Source: Patescibacteria group bacterium (GTDB lineage: Bacteria > Patescibacteriota > Microgenomatia > Levybacterales > UBA12049). Taken from it: 39,727 bases of DNA. Position 1 is the stretch's first letter. Every line of letters begins with the position of its first letter. This document shows, piece by piece, positions 12,232-21,522 of this stretch. The translations under genes and the position numbers were made by a program. Below the pieces are notes generated by a model. The model worked only from the letters and a program-made list of their open reading frames with translations. It searched no databases and was not told where the DNA came from. The DNA lies in NCBI GenBank assembly GCA_023487605.1, contig JAMDEE010000021.1, forward strand, positions 1-39,727. The letters run 5' to 3'.

Positions 12232-12509
12232 TGTTCTAAAATTGCTTTAACCTTAAAAAATCCGTTAGTTTGGGATTTGGCGTTTGCCATTGCATCTTTT
12301 TGAGACAAAGAAGGGGAGGCAACATCATTTCTCGTTACATTTTCCAAGCCTGTTGTCTGGCTTGTTTCTTCTATATTTTCGGTTTTTACCTCCTTAAGTT
12401 TTTCAATGTAATCAAGGATAGCCGAAAGCTGGGATTCATACTTTTTAGTCTCATTTTCTTTAAGGGGTAAGCTTGCAAGTTTTGCTATGTGGGAAACGTT
12501 GATTTTCAT
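12228..12509 (-). CDS. gatC: Asp/Glu-tRNA amidotransferase subunit C
   Basis: 93 aa of GatC-like sequence (VSHIAKLASLPLKENE), immediately upstream of gatA with a 4-nt overlap. Confidence 0.85.
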   Translation of the reverse strand: MKINVSHIAKLASLPLKENETKKYESQLSAILDYIEKLKEVKTENIEETSQTTGLENVTRNDVASPSLSQKDAMANAKSQTNGFFKVKAILEQ

Positions 12510-12516
12510 TGAGGTT

Positions 12517-12546
12517 ATTATATTGCAACGGATAGTCTTTTGGCAA
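12517..12546 (-). promoter_or_regulatory. gatCAB promoter TTGCCA-18-TATAAT, 7 nt upstream of the gatC ATG
   Basis: The minus strand reads aaTTGCCAaaagactatccgttgcaaTATAATaacctcaATG. The -10 box overlaps the stop codon of the upstream gatD-like gene. Confidence 0.45.
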
Positions 12547-13306
12547 TTACTTTCCTTGCCTTTTCTTCCAAAGAGTCATCCAGTTTTTCCAGTTCAAATT
12601 TTTTACCGTACTTTAATTCCAAGGCAGTTTTTATCAGATAGTCTGCAAGCAACGGATTTTTGGGAAGAACCGGACCGTGGAAATACGTACCTATGGAATT
12701 TTTATAAATGGCACCTTCTTCTTTAGCGCTGTCGTTACTTCCGAACCCTTTCAATACTTTTCCCAAAGGCTTAATTCCTTTGCCCAAAATTGTCCGTCCG
12801 CCGTGGTTTTCAAAACCGATAAGGATAGTTGTTTTGCCGAATAAATTCTTTGCATCAATTGCAATATTCCCTATTAACCGCTCTCTTCCCGGGTTCTGGG
12901 TATACATATTCAAAATTCCAAGTTGGGGTAACTTATTCCCGTTTGCTGTTTTATAATACTCCCCCAGATATTGAAATCCCCCGCAAATATACAGTCCGGG
13001 AATTCCGTTTTCGACCATTGCTTTGAACGTTTTCTTTTTATCCTTCAAGTCTTTTGCCACAACTTCCTGCTGGGTATCTTGTGCGCCGCCCATCAAAAGC
13101 AAATCGCAGGACAAAAAGTCTTTATCGGAAGTCCCAATTCCGATTTCTTTAATTTCTGTTTTGATGCCGCGCCATTGGCAGCGTTTTTGTAAAACAATTA
13201 CGTTTCCCCTGTCTCCGTAAGTATTCATCAGGTCCGGATATAGCCAGCCGATTCTTAGAGAATAAGGCTTAGCGCCCGGCGTGTAGTTTGATTTAGGATT
13301 TGTCAT
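12518..13306 (-). CDS. gatD: CobQ/GatD-type glutamine amidotransferase (lipid II isoglutaminyl synthase partner of MurT)
   Basis: 262 aa with the nucleophile motif CGGFQYLG and GFENHGGRT. It overlaps the murT-like gene by 4 nt. Confidence 0.75.
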   Translation of the reverse strand: MTNPKSNYTPGAKPYSLRIGWLYPDLMNTYGDRGNVIVLQKRCQWRGIKTEIKEIGIGTSDKDFLSCDLLLMGGAQDTQQEVVAKDLKDKKKTFKAMVENGIPGLYICGGFQYLGEYYKTANGNKLPQLGILNMYTQNPGRERLIGNIAIDAKNLFGKTTILIGFENHGGRTILGKGIKPLGKVLKGFGSNDSAKEEGAIYKNSIGTYFHGPVLPKNPLLADYLIKTALELKYGKKFELEKLDDSLEEKARKVIAKRLSVAI

Positions 13307-14586
13307 AAAATTTTCTTTCCCGTTAAAATTTTTCTTACTTCAAGCATAGCCGAGTATGTAGGCAGAACAAATAAAGTTTCGCCTCTAGGCAGATTAATTA
13401 AAGATTCTTTTACCGCTTCGTTTAAATCCTCAAAAGTTTTGTGTTTAATACAGGAATATTTCAGCCTTAAGCCCATATCATAAGCCCGGTCGCCGGCTGC
13501 AAATATTTCAATTTTAGGGCCGATAAAAATTTCAAAATCAACATCCCAAATCCATGAAACATCCCTCCCGTCGGGAATTCTGTCGTTAAGAGCTAGTAAA
13601 AGATATTTTGCTCCAAGAGCGTTTATTGTCCTCAGTGATTCGTTAAAGCTCGTTGGATTTTTTGCCAGAAAAAATTTTACTTTTTTATCTTTTATTGTAA
13701 TTTCTTCCTGCCTTCCGAATGCGGGTTTAAAATCAAGAAGAGATTTGTCGATATTTGTTTGGCTTATGCCTATTTCCTTTGCCAAAAGTACAGCAGCCAA
13801 AACGTTATACATGTTATATACGCCTTCAAGGGGATAAACGCTGTTTTTTTCGCTATCTAACTGTGGTCTTTTAAGCCCGCACTTGGGGCATGACCAGTTT
13901 CCAAGATGAGAATAGTAAACGGGATCAATAACAAGTCTCGTGGAACACTTGGGGCAAAGAATCGAATCTGCAGCGTCTTGGGGTAAATCCGTTTTTAGAG
14001 AAGAATTGTTCAGGCCAAAATATAACCTCTTTATAGAGGGCTGCATCCCCAGATATGCTATTTGGGGATCATCCGCGTTTAAAATAAACTTTGTTTTATC
14101 TATTATTTTCACGTAGACCTCAGCCCAGTTATTAAGGATGGTATTTATCTCCCCGTATCTGTCGAGCTGGTCACGAAAAAGGTTAAGGGCAATCAGATAA
14201 TCGGGCTTAATTTTTTGGCTTACCCGTGTCAGTGCGTTTTCATCTATTTCAAATATTGCAAAGTTTTTTTTAATTTTCCCAAAGATATCGGATTCAATAA
14301 TCAGCGAGGACGCAATTCCGTTTAGCAAGTTTGCTCCTGATTTATTTAAAAAAACGCTTTTGCCGTTTTTCTCCAGAATTGTTTCTATTAATTTTGCAGT
14401 AGTAGTTTTACCGTTGGTTCCTGTTATAAAAACTATTTTGGTATTAGAGTTTTTTAAAATGTCCGAAACAAAATTCTTATTTAAGGAAAGTGCGATATGC
14501 CCCGGCCACGTGGATCCGTTGCCCAAGTTTAGACTTTTACTGATAAAAGATATAAGTTTTCCTAAAACTATTAATACTATATTCAT
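13303..14586 (-). CDS. murT: Mur-ligase-family protein MurT (lipid II isoglutaminyl synthase)
   Basis: 427 aa with P-loop GTNGKTTT and a Cys4 ribbon (CPKC...CPKC) typical of MurT. Paired with the gatD-like gene. Confidence 0.8.
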   Translation of the reverse strand: MNIVLIVLGKLISFISKSLNLGNGSTWPGHIALSLNKNFVSDILKNSNTKIVFITGTNGKTTTAKLIETILEKNGKSVFLNKSGANLLNGIASSLIIESDIFGKIKKNFAIFEIDENALTRVSQKIKPDYLIALNLFRDQLDRYGEINTILNNWAEVYVKIIDKTKFILNADDPQIAYLGMQPSIKRLYFGLNNSSLKTDLPQDAADSILCPKCSTRLVIDPVYYSHLGNWSCPKCGLKRPQLDSEKNSVYPLEGVYNMYNVLAAVLLAKEIGISQTNIDKSLLDFKPAFGRQEEITIKDKKVKFFLAKNPTSFNESLRTINALGAKYLLLALNDRIPDGRDVSWIWDVDFEIFIGPKIEIFAAGDRAYDMGLRLKYSCIKHKTFEDLNEAVKESLINLPRGETLFVLPTYSAMLEVRKILTGKKIL

Positions 14587-14626
14587 CTTGTTATTTTTTT
14601 GGCAGGTTCAGGGCGATGATCGTCTG

Positions 14627-15532
14627 TTACATTTCCCGAAGTGCTTTTATCCTCTCCTCAATTGGCGGATGCGTATCGAAAAGGGAAGCAAACCATGATT
14701 TTGCCGATTTGCCTTTAAATGGGTTTACTATAAAAAGATGGGCGGTTGCATTATTGGCGGTTTTTAAAACGGTTGGGTCTTTTGATATTTTTTCCAACGC
14801 ACTTGCCAAGCCTTCGGGATAACGGGTTAATAATGCACCCGAAGCATCTGCCAGAAATTCACGCTTTCTTGAGACTGCCAGCTGAATTAAGGTTGCAGCG
14901 ATAGGCGAGAGAATAGCAAAAACAATTCCTATTAAAAGAAATATTGCTTGGATGTTATTGCCTCCGCGGTCCTCTCTGTTTCCCCCGAATCCGCCGAACC
15001 AAAGCTGTTGCATAAAAAGATTTGCTAATAGTGCTATAAAGCCTACAAGTATTGCAACAACTCCCATAAGCCTTATATCGTAATTTTTTACATGGGACAG
15101 TTCGTGGGCAATTACTCCTTCCAACTCAACTTTATCCAGCTTGTTTAATATACCGCTTGTTACGCAGACAATAGCATGCTTAGGGTCTCTTCCTGTTGCA
15201 AAAGCATTCGGGGACAGGTCATTGATAATATATATTCTGGGCATAGGAAGCCCGTCTCCTATGCATAAATTTTCTACGGTTCTGAATAATTCCGGGTCAT
15301 CCGATTTTTTAATTTCTTTTGCTCCCGAAGTGGCAAGTACTAATTTATCCGAATAGTAATAGCTTCCAATGCTTGTTAAACCCGCAAAAATAAGGGCAAA
15401 CCCTACAAGAGATAAGCCGTATCCCAGCGCCCGGCTGAATACATAAACTATTGTAGTTATAAAAATAACAAACAACAACATTATTATCCAAGTCTTGGTT
15501 TTATTGGATGAAATAGACGAATACACTTTCAT
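14627..15532 (-). CDS. htpX: M48-family membrane protease HtpX
   Basis: 301 aa with TM segments and zinc motif HELSHVKN. Confidence 0.87.
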   Translation of the reverse strand: MKVYSSISSNKTKTWIIMLLFVIFITTIVYVFSRALGYGLSLVGFALIFAGLTSIGSYYYSDKLVLATSGAKEIKKSDDPELFRTVENLCIGDGLPMPRIYIINDLSPNAFATGRDPKHAIVCVTSGILNKLDKVELEGVIAHELSHVKNYDIRLMGVVAILVGFIALLANLFMQQLWFGGFGGNREDRGGNNIQAIFLLIGIVFAILSPIAATLIQLAVSRKREFLADASGALLTRYPEGLASALEKISKDPTVLKTANNATAHLFIVNPFKGKSAKSWFASLFDTHPPIEERIKALREM

Positions 15533-15538
15533 GGTATT

Positions 15539-16090
15539 TTAAAAACTCACCTTTACGGGTTGTTTTTCCTCTTCCGTTGTGCCGAAGAATTCCGCTTCTT
15601 TAAAGTTAAGAAATCTTGCCAAAAATACATTAGGGAAAACTTTTAACTTGGTGTTGTACTCCATAACCATGCCGTTGTAAAACTGTCTTGCATAAGCAAT
15701 TTTATTTTCGGTATCGGATAATTCTTCCTGAAGCTCCATAAAATTCTGGCTCGCTTTAAGGTCGGGGTAATTTTCCGCAACTGCAAAGATTGATTTTAGA
15801 GTTTCCGACAATTGATTGTTGGCAGAAGCCTTTTCCATAGCACCTTTTGCAGAGACCAGACTCGCTCTCTCTTTTGTTACTTTTTCAAAAAGTTCTCTCT
15901 CGTGCTTTGCATAACCCTTAACCGTTTCTACTAAGTTTGGGATTAAATCGGCCCTTCTTTTCAGTTGAACGTCTATCTGGGAGAAAGCTTCCGAAACTCT
16001 CATTTTGGTGACTATGAGAGTGTTGTACAAATACCAAACAAATCCTGCGATTATTACTACCGCTAAAATAATATATATGCTACTGTTCAT
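15539..16090 (-). CDS. lemA: LemA family protein
   Basis: 183 aa with an N-terminal TM helix and LemA-like core ([27 protein letters not shown]). Strong SD (GGAGGTGA). The classic lemA-htpX pairing is present. Confidence 0.85.
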   Translation of the reverse strand: MNSSIYIILAVVIIAGFVWYLYNTLIVTKMRVSEAFSQIDVQLKRRADLIPNLVETVKGYAKHERELFEKVTKERASLVSAKGAMEKASANNQLSETLKSIFAVAENYPDLKASQNFMELQEELSDTENKIAYARQFYNGMVMEYNTKLKVFPNVFLARFLNFKEAEFFGTTEEEKQPVKVSF

Positions 16091-16102
16091 TTACTCACCT
16101 CC

Positions 16103-17875
16103 TTAGCTTGATAACCACTTAGCAAATTCATTATACGATAAAGTATTAAGGATGTCACTTTTCTTTGCCCAGCCCTTTCTGGCAGTTGAAACCCCGAATT
16201 TTTCCAGATCCATTTGCCATAGGGAGTGACTGTCGGTGTTTATTACCATTTTTACCTCTGCCTCAACAGCCATTTTTACGATTTGGTAAGGAAGATCCAG
16301 ACGCCCCGGCCAGCTGTTGATTTCCAAAGCTTTATTATATTTTTTGCAGAATTCAAATATTTTATCCCAGTCAAGTTCGTATCCTTCTCTTTCGTTAAGC
16401 ATCCTTCCTGTAGGGTGGGCGAGTATTTTTGCTTTTTTATGGGATAATCCTTTGATAACCCTTTTGGTCATTGCATCTTTATTCATATTAAATACGCTAT
16501 GAATAGAAACGATAGATGCGTCCAGAATATCAAACGATTTTTTACCGATTGCAAGGTCACCATTGGGTAAAATGTCTGTTTCGAGCAACTTAAATATATG
16601 AAAACTTTTATTACTCTCTAAAAGTTGTTCAATTTCTTCATTTCGTCTTTTAATCAAGCTATAAATTTGTCTGTCAGAGTGTTTAGAAATACTGGGGTTG
16701 TGCTCGGAAAATGCCATATATTCGTATTTGAGCGCTTTAGCTTTAATTATCATTTCCTGCATTGAATTCTTTCCCAAATCGTGACTTGGTTCGATTGGAA
16801 AGCTTGAGTGTAAATGCAAATCCCCTTTGATGTCGTTTTCATCAACCAGTATGGGAAGTTTATTTACCGCCGCCAGTTCAATTTCACCGGTGTTTTCCCT
16901 AATTTCGGGGGGAATCCATTCCATTCCGATTCCATGGTAAAATTGCTCTTCTGTTGCAAAATCATCCGTTTCCCATTTTCCATTCCCTGTCCTTTTTTTA
17001 ATTCCGTATTCGGATAAGGACAGTCCTTTTTTAAGGGCGAATTCCCTAAGATGCACGTTGTGGTTCTTGCTCCCGGTAAAATGTTGCAGAAGCGAGCCGA
17101 AGCTTTGCGGAGGCTGTGTCATTAAGTCTATTTGGGTGCCTCCGGACACCAAGATTGAAGAAGTTGCGCTGCCTTTTTCTATAATTCTTTCTTTGCTTGG
17201 ATATAACGTAAAATATTCAATTACTTTCCGGGGTTCATTTGTTGCTACCGCTATATCTATATCTCCAACCGTGGGCATTCTTCTTCTAAGGCTGCCAAGA
17301 GGCTCAACCCTGATTACGTCTTTGGATTTTTTTAGATACAGAACCAGTTTTTCGGCGATTTCCATTGCATACGGCAGAGTCATTCTGGTTGTTTTGCCTT
17401 TGCCGAGGCGAAACTCCGATATTGCCCTTAATATATCGCTTTGAGATTTTTCTCCAAAACCTTCAAGCTTTGCGATTTTACCCGCTTTTCCCATTTTTTC
17501 GATATCTTCAATAACGGTTTTTGGATTTTTCAAACCAAATTCATTGACGAGTTTGTATGCTTTTTTGGGCCCAAAACTTGGTATATCCAAAAGAGGAAAA
17601 ACAGCCTCGGAAATACCGTCTAAGGCCCAATTAAATTGCTTTACTTCACCTTTTTTAAATAACTCTTCAAGGTGGGAACCGATAGTCGTGCCTATTCCCG
17701 GTAGAGTGTTAAGCTTATTATCTTTATAGAGATCACTAATTTCCGTGGTCAGATTGGAAACTATTTCCGCTGCTTTATGGTAGGCAATTATCTGAAAACG
17801 AAATTTCTTTTCATCTTTTATCGTATAGGCAGCGGCCACATTTCTTAAGAGCTTTGCAATTTCTCTGTTGCTCAT
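16103..17875 (-). CDS. polX: Family X DNA polymerase with C-terminal PHP domain
   Basis: HhH motifs and Pol-beta nucleotidyltransferase motif GSLRRRMPTVGDIDIAV, plus PHP motif GDLHLHS. The start is set at MSNREIAKLL (ATG 17875) because a consensus promoter sits 9 nt upstream. The track start at 17899 is probably an over-extension. Confidence 0.85.
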   Translation of the reverse strand: MSNREIAKLLRNVAAAYTIKDEKKFRFQIIAYHKAAEIVSNLTTEISDLYKDNKLNTLPGIGTTIGSHLEELFKKGEVKQFNWALDGISEAVFPLLDIPSFGPKKAYKLVNEFGLKNPKTVIEDIEKMGKAGKIAKLEGFGEKSQSDILRAISEFRLGKGKTTRMTLPYAMEIAEKLVLYLKKSKDVIRVEPLGSLRRRMPTVGDIDIAVATNEPRKVIEYFTLYPSKERIIEKGSATSSILVSGGTQIDLMTQPPQSFGSLLQHFTGSKNHNVHLREFALKKGLSLSEYGIKKRTGNGKWETDDFATEEQFYHGIGMEWIPPEIRENTGEIELAAVNKLPILVDENDIKGDLHLHSSFPIEPSHDLGKNSMQEMIIKAKALKYEYMAFSEHNPSISKHSDRQIYSLIKRRNEEIEQLLESNKSFHIFKLLETDILPNGDLAIGKKSFDILDASIVSIHSVFNMNKDAMTKRVIKGLSHKKAKILAHPTGRMLNEREGYELDWDKIFEFCKKYNKALEINSWPGRLDLPYQIVKMAVEAEVKMVINTDSHSLWQMDLEKFGVSTARKGWAKKSDILNTLSYNEFAKWLSS

Positions 17876-17884
17876 GGCAAAAAA

Positions 17885-17913
17885 ATCATAACAGAGCATT
17901 GACTATATTTCAA
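17885..17913 (-). promoter_or_regulatory. polX promoter TTGAAA-17-TATGAT, 9 nt upstream of ATG 17875
   Basis: The minus strand reads gTTGAAAtatagtcaatgctctgtTATGATttttttgccATG. Confidence 0.5.
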
Positions 17914-18012
17914 CAATTTGTTAGGATACCAATCAGTTATCGGCTTTAATTAGCCACTAAATGTGGTTATTTATGAGCTTATAAATTGTAACAATATAAC
18001 TAAATTGGACGG

Positions 18013-18090
18013 GGGGTGGTAGCTCAGTTTGGTTAGAGCGCTTCCCTGTCACGGAAGAGGTCGCGAGTTCGAGTCTCGTTCACCCCGCCA
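18013..18090 (+). tRNA. tRNA-Asp (anticodon GTC), CCA encoded
   Basis: Hand-folded cloverleaf. The acceptor is GGGGTGG/TCACCCC and the D arm is GCTC..GAGC. The anticodon stem CTTCC/GGAAG carries loop CTGTCAC, and the T arm carries TTCGAGT. The 3' end is GCCA. Confidence 0.9.
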
Positions 18091-18138
18091 AAAAATTATA
18101 ATAAAACCTTTACCCCTGTCCGGAAAAGGAGGACAAAA

Positions 18139-18765
18139 ATGCCTAAAAAACAAAAAATCAGTAAATCACGAACAGTTTCCAAAATGTCTGCCGAAAATAA
18201 TAATATATTTCCTCAGGTAAAATGGGGGGAGTCTTATACAAGCTTATTTCTTGGAATTGTAGTTGTTGTCGTTGCCGCAATTCTTGTATTTTCATTTTTG
18301 AAAGGCAGGAATTTTAATAAAACAACATCAACGCAATCAACTTCAACAACAGCAGAGCAGCAGGCGAACGCCCCCAAAGAATTACCTAAAACTTACGAGG
18401 TTAAACAAGGAGATAATCTTTGGACAATTGCGGAAACAATATATGGCTCAGGTTACAATTGGGTTGATCTGGCTAATGCAAACAAAATGGAGAATCCCGG
18501 TCTTTTATATGTCGGGACAAAACTTATCGTACCGAATGCAAAACCTATAATTGTAAAAAGTACCGTAAGTGCGCCGCAAACTGCACAGCAGCCGGCAAAT
18601 GCAATTACGGGGGGTACTTATACGGTTGAAAAGGGAGATTATCTTTGGGAAATTTCCGTAAGAGCTTACGGAGACGGTTATAAATGGGTCGAAATTGCAA
18701 AAGCAAATAATTTATCAAACCCTGACTTAATCTTTTCCGGTAATGTTTTGAAGTTACCCCGCTAG
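18139..18765 (+). CDS. Membrane-anchored protein with two LysM domains
   Basis: 208 aa with SD AAGGAGG upstream and one TM helix. There are two LysM repeats (YEVKQGDNLWTIAE...LIVP and YTVEKGDYLWEISV...LKLP). Confidence 0.82.
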   Translation: MPKKQKISKSRTVSKMSAENNNIFPQVKWGESYTSLFLGIVVVVVAAILVFSFLKGRNFNKTTSTQSTSTTAEQQANAPKELPKTYEVKQGDNLWTIAETIYGSGYNWVDLANANKMENPGLLYVGTKLIVPNAKPIIVKSTVSAPQTAQQPANAITGGTYTVEKGDYLWEISVRAYGDGYKWVEIAKANNLSNPDLIFSGNVLKLPR

Positions 18766-18877
18766 TTCAGCAAAGCTAAAATTTAAATACTGTTGAAAGT
18801 AAATTCTTTCAGGTCTTTAAGTGGGAAAGGGTAGTCTTGGCCTATTTATGTTAAAATAGCATAATTAAGTGAAACTA

Positions 18878-18949
18878 GCGGCAGTAGTTCAGTGGTAGAA
18901 TGTCTCCTTCCCAAGGAGAAGGTCGCCGGTTCGAATCCGGTCTGCCGCT
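18878..18949 (+). tRNA. tRNA-Gly (anticodon CCC), no encoded CCA
   Basis: Hand-folded. The acceptor is GCGGCAG/CTGCCGC. The anticodon stem TCTCC/GGAGA carries loop TTCCCAA, and the T arm GCCGG/CCGGT carries TTCGAAT. Confidence 0.9.
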
Positions 18950-18961
18950 CATCTATTTACT

Positions 18962-18990
18962 AAAAAAACTGGGCGTTAACCCAGTTTTTG
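18962..18990 (+). terminator. Intrinsic terminator after tRNA-Gly (potentially bidirectional)
   Basis: The stem is AACTGGG-cgttaa-CCCAGTT, followed by a T run and preceded by an A run. Confidence 0.6.
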
Positions 18991-19116
18991 TACGAAAGTG
19001 AATGCATCCCTTTCCTCCCTTGCTCTTCCCTTATACTCCTTTTAAACTCAATGTCAAGAAGACAATTGTTATCAAACGAAGTCAAAATGTTTGACTAAAA
19101 TACTCGAAATTAGCTA

Positions 19117-19145
19117 TTGACGCGGTTTTACCGTTTTGATATGAT
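19117..19145 (+). promoter_or_regulatory. pyrG promoter TTGACG-17-TGaTATGAT, 5 nt upstream of the GTG start
   Basis: The sequence is TTGACGcggttttaccgttttgaTATGATaaatcGTG, with an extended -10 TG. No SD is present. Confidence 0.5.
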
Positions 19146-19150
19146 AAATC

Positions 19151-20824
19151 GTGCCCGATAGTAAATCACCTAAACATACAAAGTATATTTTTATATCCGG
19201 AGGGGTAATTTCGGGCATCGGAAAAGGTACAACGGCAGCCTCAATAGCACTTCTTCTTAAATCCGCAGGATATAAGGTTGCGCCGATTAAATTTGAAAAT
19301 TACCTTAACCTCGATGCGGGTACGATTAATCCTATAGAGCACGGAGACCCTTTCTTGTGTGAAGACGGAACGGAAGCTGATATGGATATCGGAACATACG
19401 AAAAATTTTTAGATGAAGACATGGGCAAAGATAACTTTGTAACAATGGGACAAATTTATAAGACCGTAATAGACAGAGAGAGAAGATTTGAATACGACGG
19501 GGAGGATGTCGAAGCCATACCTTATATAACGGATGAAATAATTTATAAAATAGAAGCATTGGGCAGGAATAAAAAAGCGGATTTTGTAATTATCGAATTG
19601 GGCGGAACAGCGGGAGAATACCAAAACGTCTTTTATTATGAAGCCTCGAGAATGATGACTTTAAAAAGACCGCAGGATGTTTTACATATCCATGTAAGTT
19701 ACGTCCCCACACCTGGACATTTAGGTGAACCCAAAACAAAACCGACCCAGCTTTCAGTCAGAACTTTAAATTCGATGGGTATTCAACCCGATTTTATAAT
19801 AACCAGAGGAGAAAGATATTTAGACCAGAGAAGAAAAGACAGACTGGCTCTTTTTTGCAACGTGCACAAAGACGATGTTATATCAAGCCCCGATGTTCCC
19901 TCGGTTTACGAAATTCCTCTCGTTTTACACAAACAGGAACTCGATAAAAAAATTATGAAAAAACTCGGTCTTAAAGTCAGAGCGCCAAAGCTTTCCCGGT
20001 GGATAAAATTTGTAGAGAGCACCAAAAATGCCAAAAAAACTATTGAAATTGCAATTGTAGGGAAATACTTCGGGACAGGGGACTACCAGCTCAGAGATTC
20101 ATACGCTGCTTTGTTTGATGCGATAGACCATGCGGGTTGGCGATTGGGAGTTAATGTTAAAACCAGATGGGTTGATGCCGAAAAAGTCGAAAAAGAAGGC
20201 GCAGAAGCGGTTATAGGTAAACCTAACGGCATAATTGTGCCGATAGGTTGGGGTGAAAGAGGGGCGGAGGGGATGATTGCCTCGGCGAGTTACGCAAGAG
20301 AAAAGAAAATTCCTTATTTGGGTCTTTGTTACGGAATGCAGTTGTCGGTTATAGCTTTTGCAAGGGATATTTTGGGTTTTAAAGATGCAAACACCGAAGA
20401 AAATAACAAGAAAACAAAACACTCAGTAATACATTTTATCCCGGCTCAAAAAGATTTACTCGAAAAAAGGGCATATGGCGGAACAATGAGACTGGGAGGG
20501 TGGGATGCTGTTGTAAAAAAGGATACTATGGCATACGGCATTTACAAAAAATACAACGGATTTAAGGAGATAAGTAAATCGCTGACAAGCGAAAGGCACA
20601 GGCACAGGTATGAATTTAATGATAAATATGCAAAAGATTTCGAGAAAAACGGAATGTCAATTGCGGCAAGGTCTGTTATGGAACATTTAGCGGAAATAGT
20701 CGAACTGCCAAAATCCGTCCATCCGTTTTATCTCGGAACTCAGGGGCATCCCGAATACAGAAGCCGTCCGTTGTCGCCCCACCCGATATTTTTGGAATTC
20801 ATAAAAACTTCCTCCGAAAACTAA
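19151..20824 (+). CDS. pyrG: CTP synthase (GTG start)
   Basis: 557 aa with N-terminal YIFISGGVISGIGKG and GATase nucleophile motif GLCYGMQ. Confidence 0.93.
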   Translation: MPDSKSPKHTKYIFISGGVISGIGKGTTAASIALLLKSAGYKVAPIKFENYLNLDAGTINPIEHGDPFLCEDGTEADMDIGTYEKFLDEDMGKDNFVTMGQIYKTVIDRERRFEYDGEDVEAIPYITDEIIYKIEALGRNKKADFVIIELGGTAGEYQNVFYYEASRMMTLKRPQDVLHIHVSYVPTPGHLGEPKTKPTQLSVRTLNSMGIQPDFIITRGERYLDQRRKDRLALFCNVHKDDVISSPDVPSVYEIPLVLHKQELDKKIMKKLGLKVRAPKLSRWIKFVESTKNAKKTIEIAIVGKYFGTGDYQLRDSYAALFDAIDHAGWRLGVNVKTRWVDAEKVEKEGAEAVIGKPNGIIVPIGWGERGAEGMIASASYAREKKIPYLGLCYGMQLSVIAFARDILGFKDANTEENNKKTKHSVIHFIPAQKDLLEKRAYGGTMRLGGWDAVVKKDTMAYGIYKKYNGFKEISKSLTSERHRHRYEFNDKYAKDFEKNGMSIAARSVMEHLAEIVELPKSVHPFYLGTQGHPEYRSRPLSPHPIFLEFIKTSSEN

Positions 20825-20828
20825 GTAA

Positions 20829-20857
20829 TTGTCAAGCCGCCGTTTTTAAGCTATAAT
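20829..20857 (+). promoter_or_regulatory. rplS promoter TTGTCA-17-TATAAT, 7 nt upstream of ATG 20865
   Basis: The sequence is TTGTCAagccgccgtttttaagcTATAATattgagtATG. Confidence 0.55.
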
Positions 20858-20864
20858 ATTGAGT

Positions 20865-21152
20865 ATGTTGGATTTAATTAATTTTGTTCCGGGCGATATA
20901 GTCAGGGTTCACCAAAAAATTAAAGAAGGAGATAAAACAAGAATTCAAATTTTTGAAGGCGTTGTTTTGAAAATTAAAGGCAGAAACGGTAATAAAATGT
21001 TTACTGTTCAAAAAAAAGTCGGAGATGTTGATGTTGAAAGAATATTTCCGACCAATACGCCCAATATAGACAAAGTTGAAGTAAAAAGCCACTTAAAAGA
21101 AAAAGTTAGAAGAGCAAAGCTTTATTATCTTCGTAAAAAAAAGAATAATTAA
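20865..21152 (+). CDS. rplS: 50S ribosomal protein L19
   Basis: L19-like sequence (GDIVRVHQKIKEGDKTRIQIFEGVVLKIKG). ATG 20865 is preferred over the track TTG 20859 because of promoter spacing. Confidence 0.9.
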   Translation: MLDLINFVPGDIVRVHQKIKEGDKTRIQIFEGVVLKIKGRNGNKMFTVQKKVGDVDVERIFPTNTPNIDKVEVKSHLKEKVRRAKLYYLRKKKNN

Positions 21153-21155
21153 TAA

Positions 21156-21518
21156 ATGAGGATTGTTAATCCCATTGCCAGAAAAGGCGAAGACGTAGCC
21201 GCGGATTACCTCAAAAACCACGGATATAAACTAATTGAAAGAAACTTTAGAAAAGGCTATGGAGAAATAGATATAGTTGCTGTAAAAGGAAAAACTTTGG
21301 TGTTTGTTGAGGTAAAAACAAGGACTACGGACCTGTTCGGCGGGGCGAGGGAATCGATTTCCGGCTTCAAACTCCGCAATCTTACAAAAACAGCTCAATT
21401 TTACAGTCTTTTGCATCCGAAGTTGCCCGAGGCAATGCGTATCGATGCAATTTTTATTGAAGTAAATTCAAAAGGAAAATTTAATATAGAACAGATAGAA
21501 AATATTAGCGGGTTTTAA
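21156..21518 (+). CDS. yraN: YraN-family (UPF0102) endonuclease-like protein
   Basis: 120 aa with GEIDIVA...LVFVEVKTR (PD-(D/E)xK-like). Confidence 0.75.
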   Translation: MRIVNPIARKGEDVAADYLKNHGYKLIERNFRKGYGEIDIVAVKGKTLVFVEVKTRTTDLFGGARESISGFKLRNLTKTAQFYSLLHPKLPEAMRIDAIFIEVNSKGKFNIEQIENISGF

Positions 21519-21522
21519 AAAT

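Noticed and set aside
18029-18220. A 63-aa ORF spanning the tRNA-Asp gene and the LysM gene start.
   Set aside because: It overlaps a cleanly folding tRNA and the SD and start of the LysM CDS. It is an artefact of the ORF caller.
19080-19096. The palindrome AGTCAAA-atg-TTTGACT and a preceding polypyrimidine tract upstream of pyrG. The tract includes a 15-codon minus-strand mini-ORF with a GGGAGG site.
   Set aside because: It is a single short palindrome with no second copy and no similarity to the lexA-region palindrome. The mini-ORF is too short and runs into the tRNA terminator, so there is nothing to support a function.
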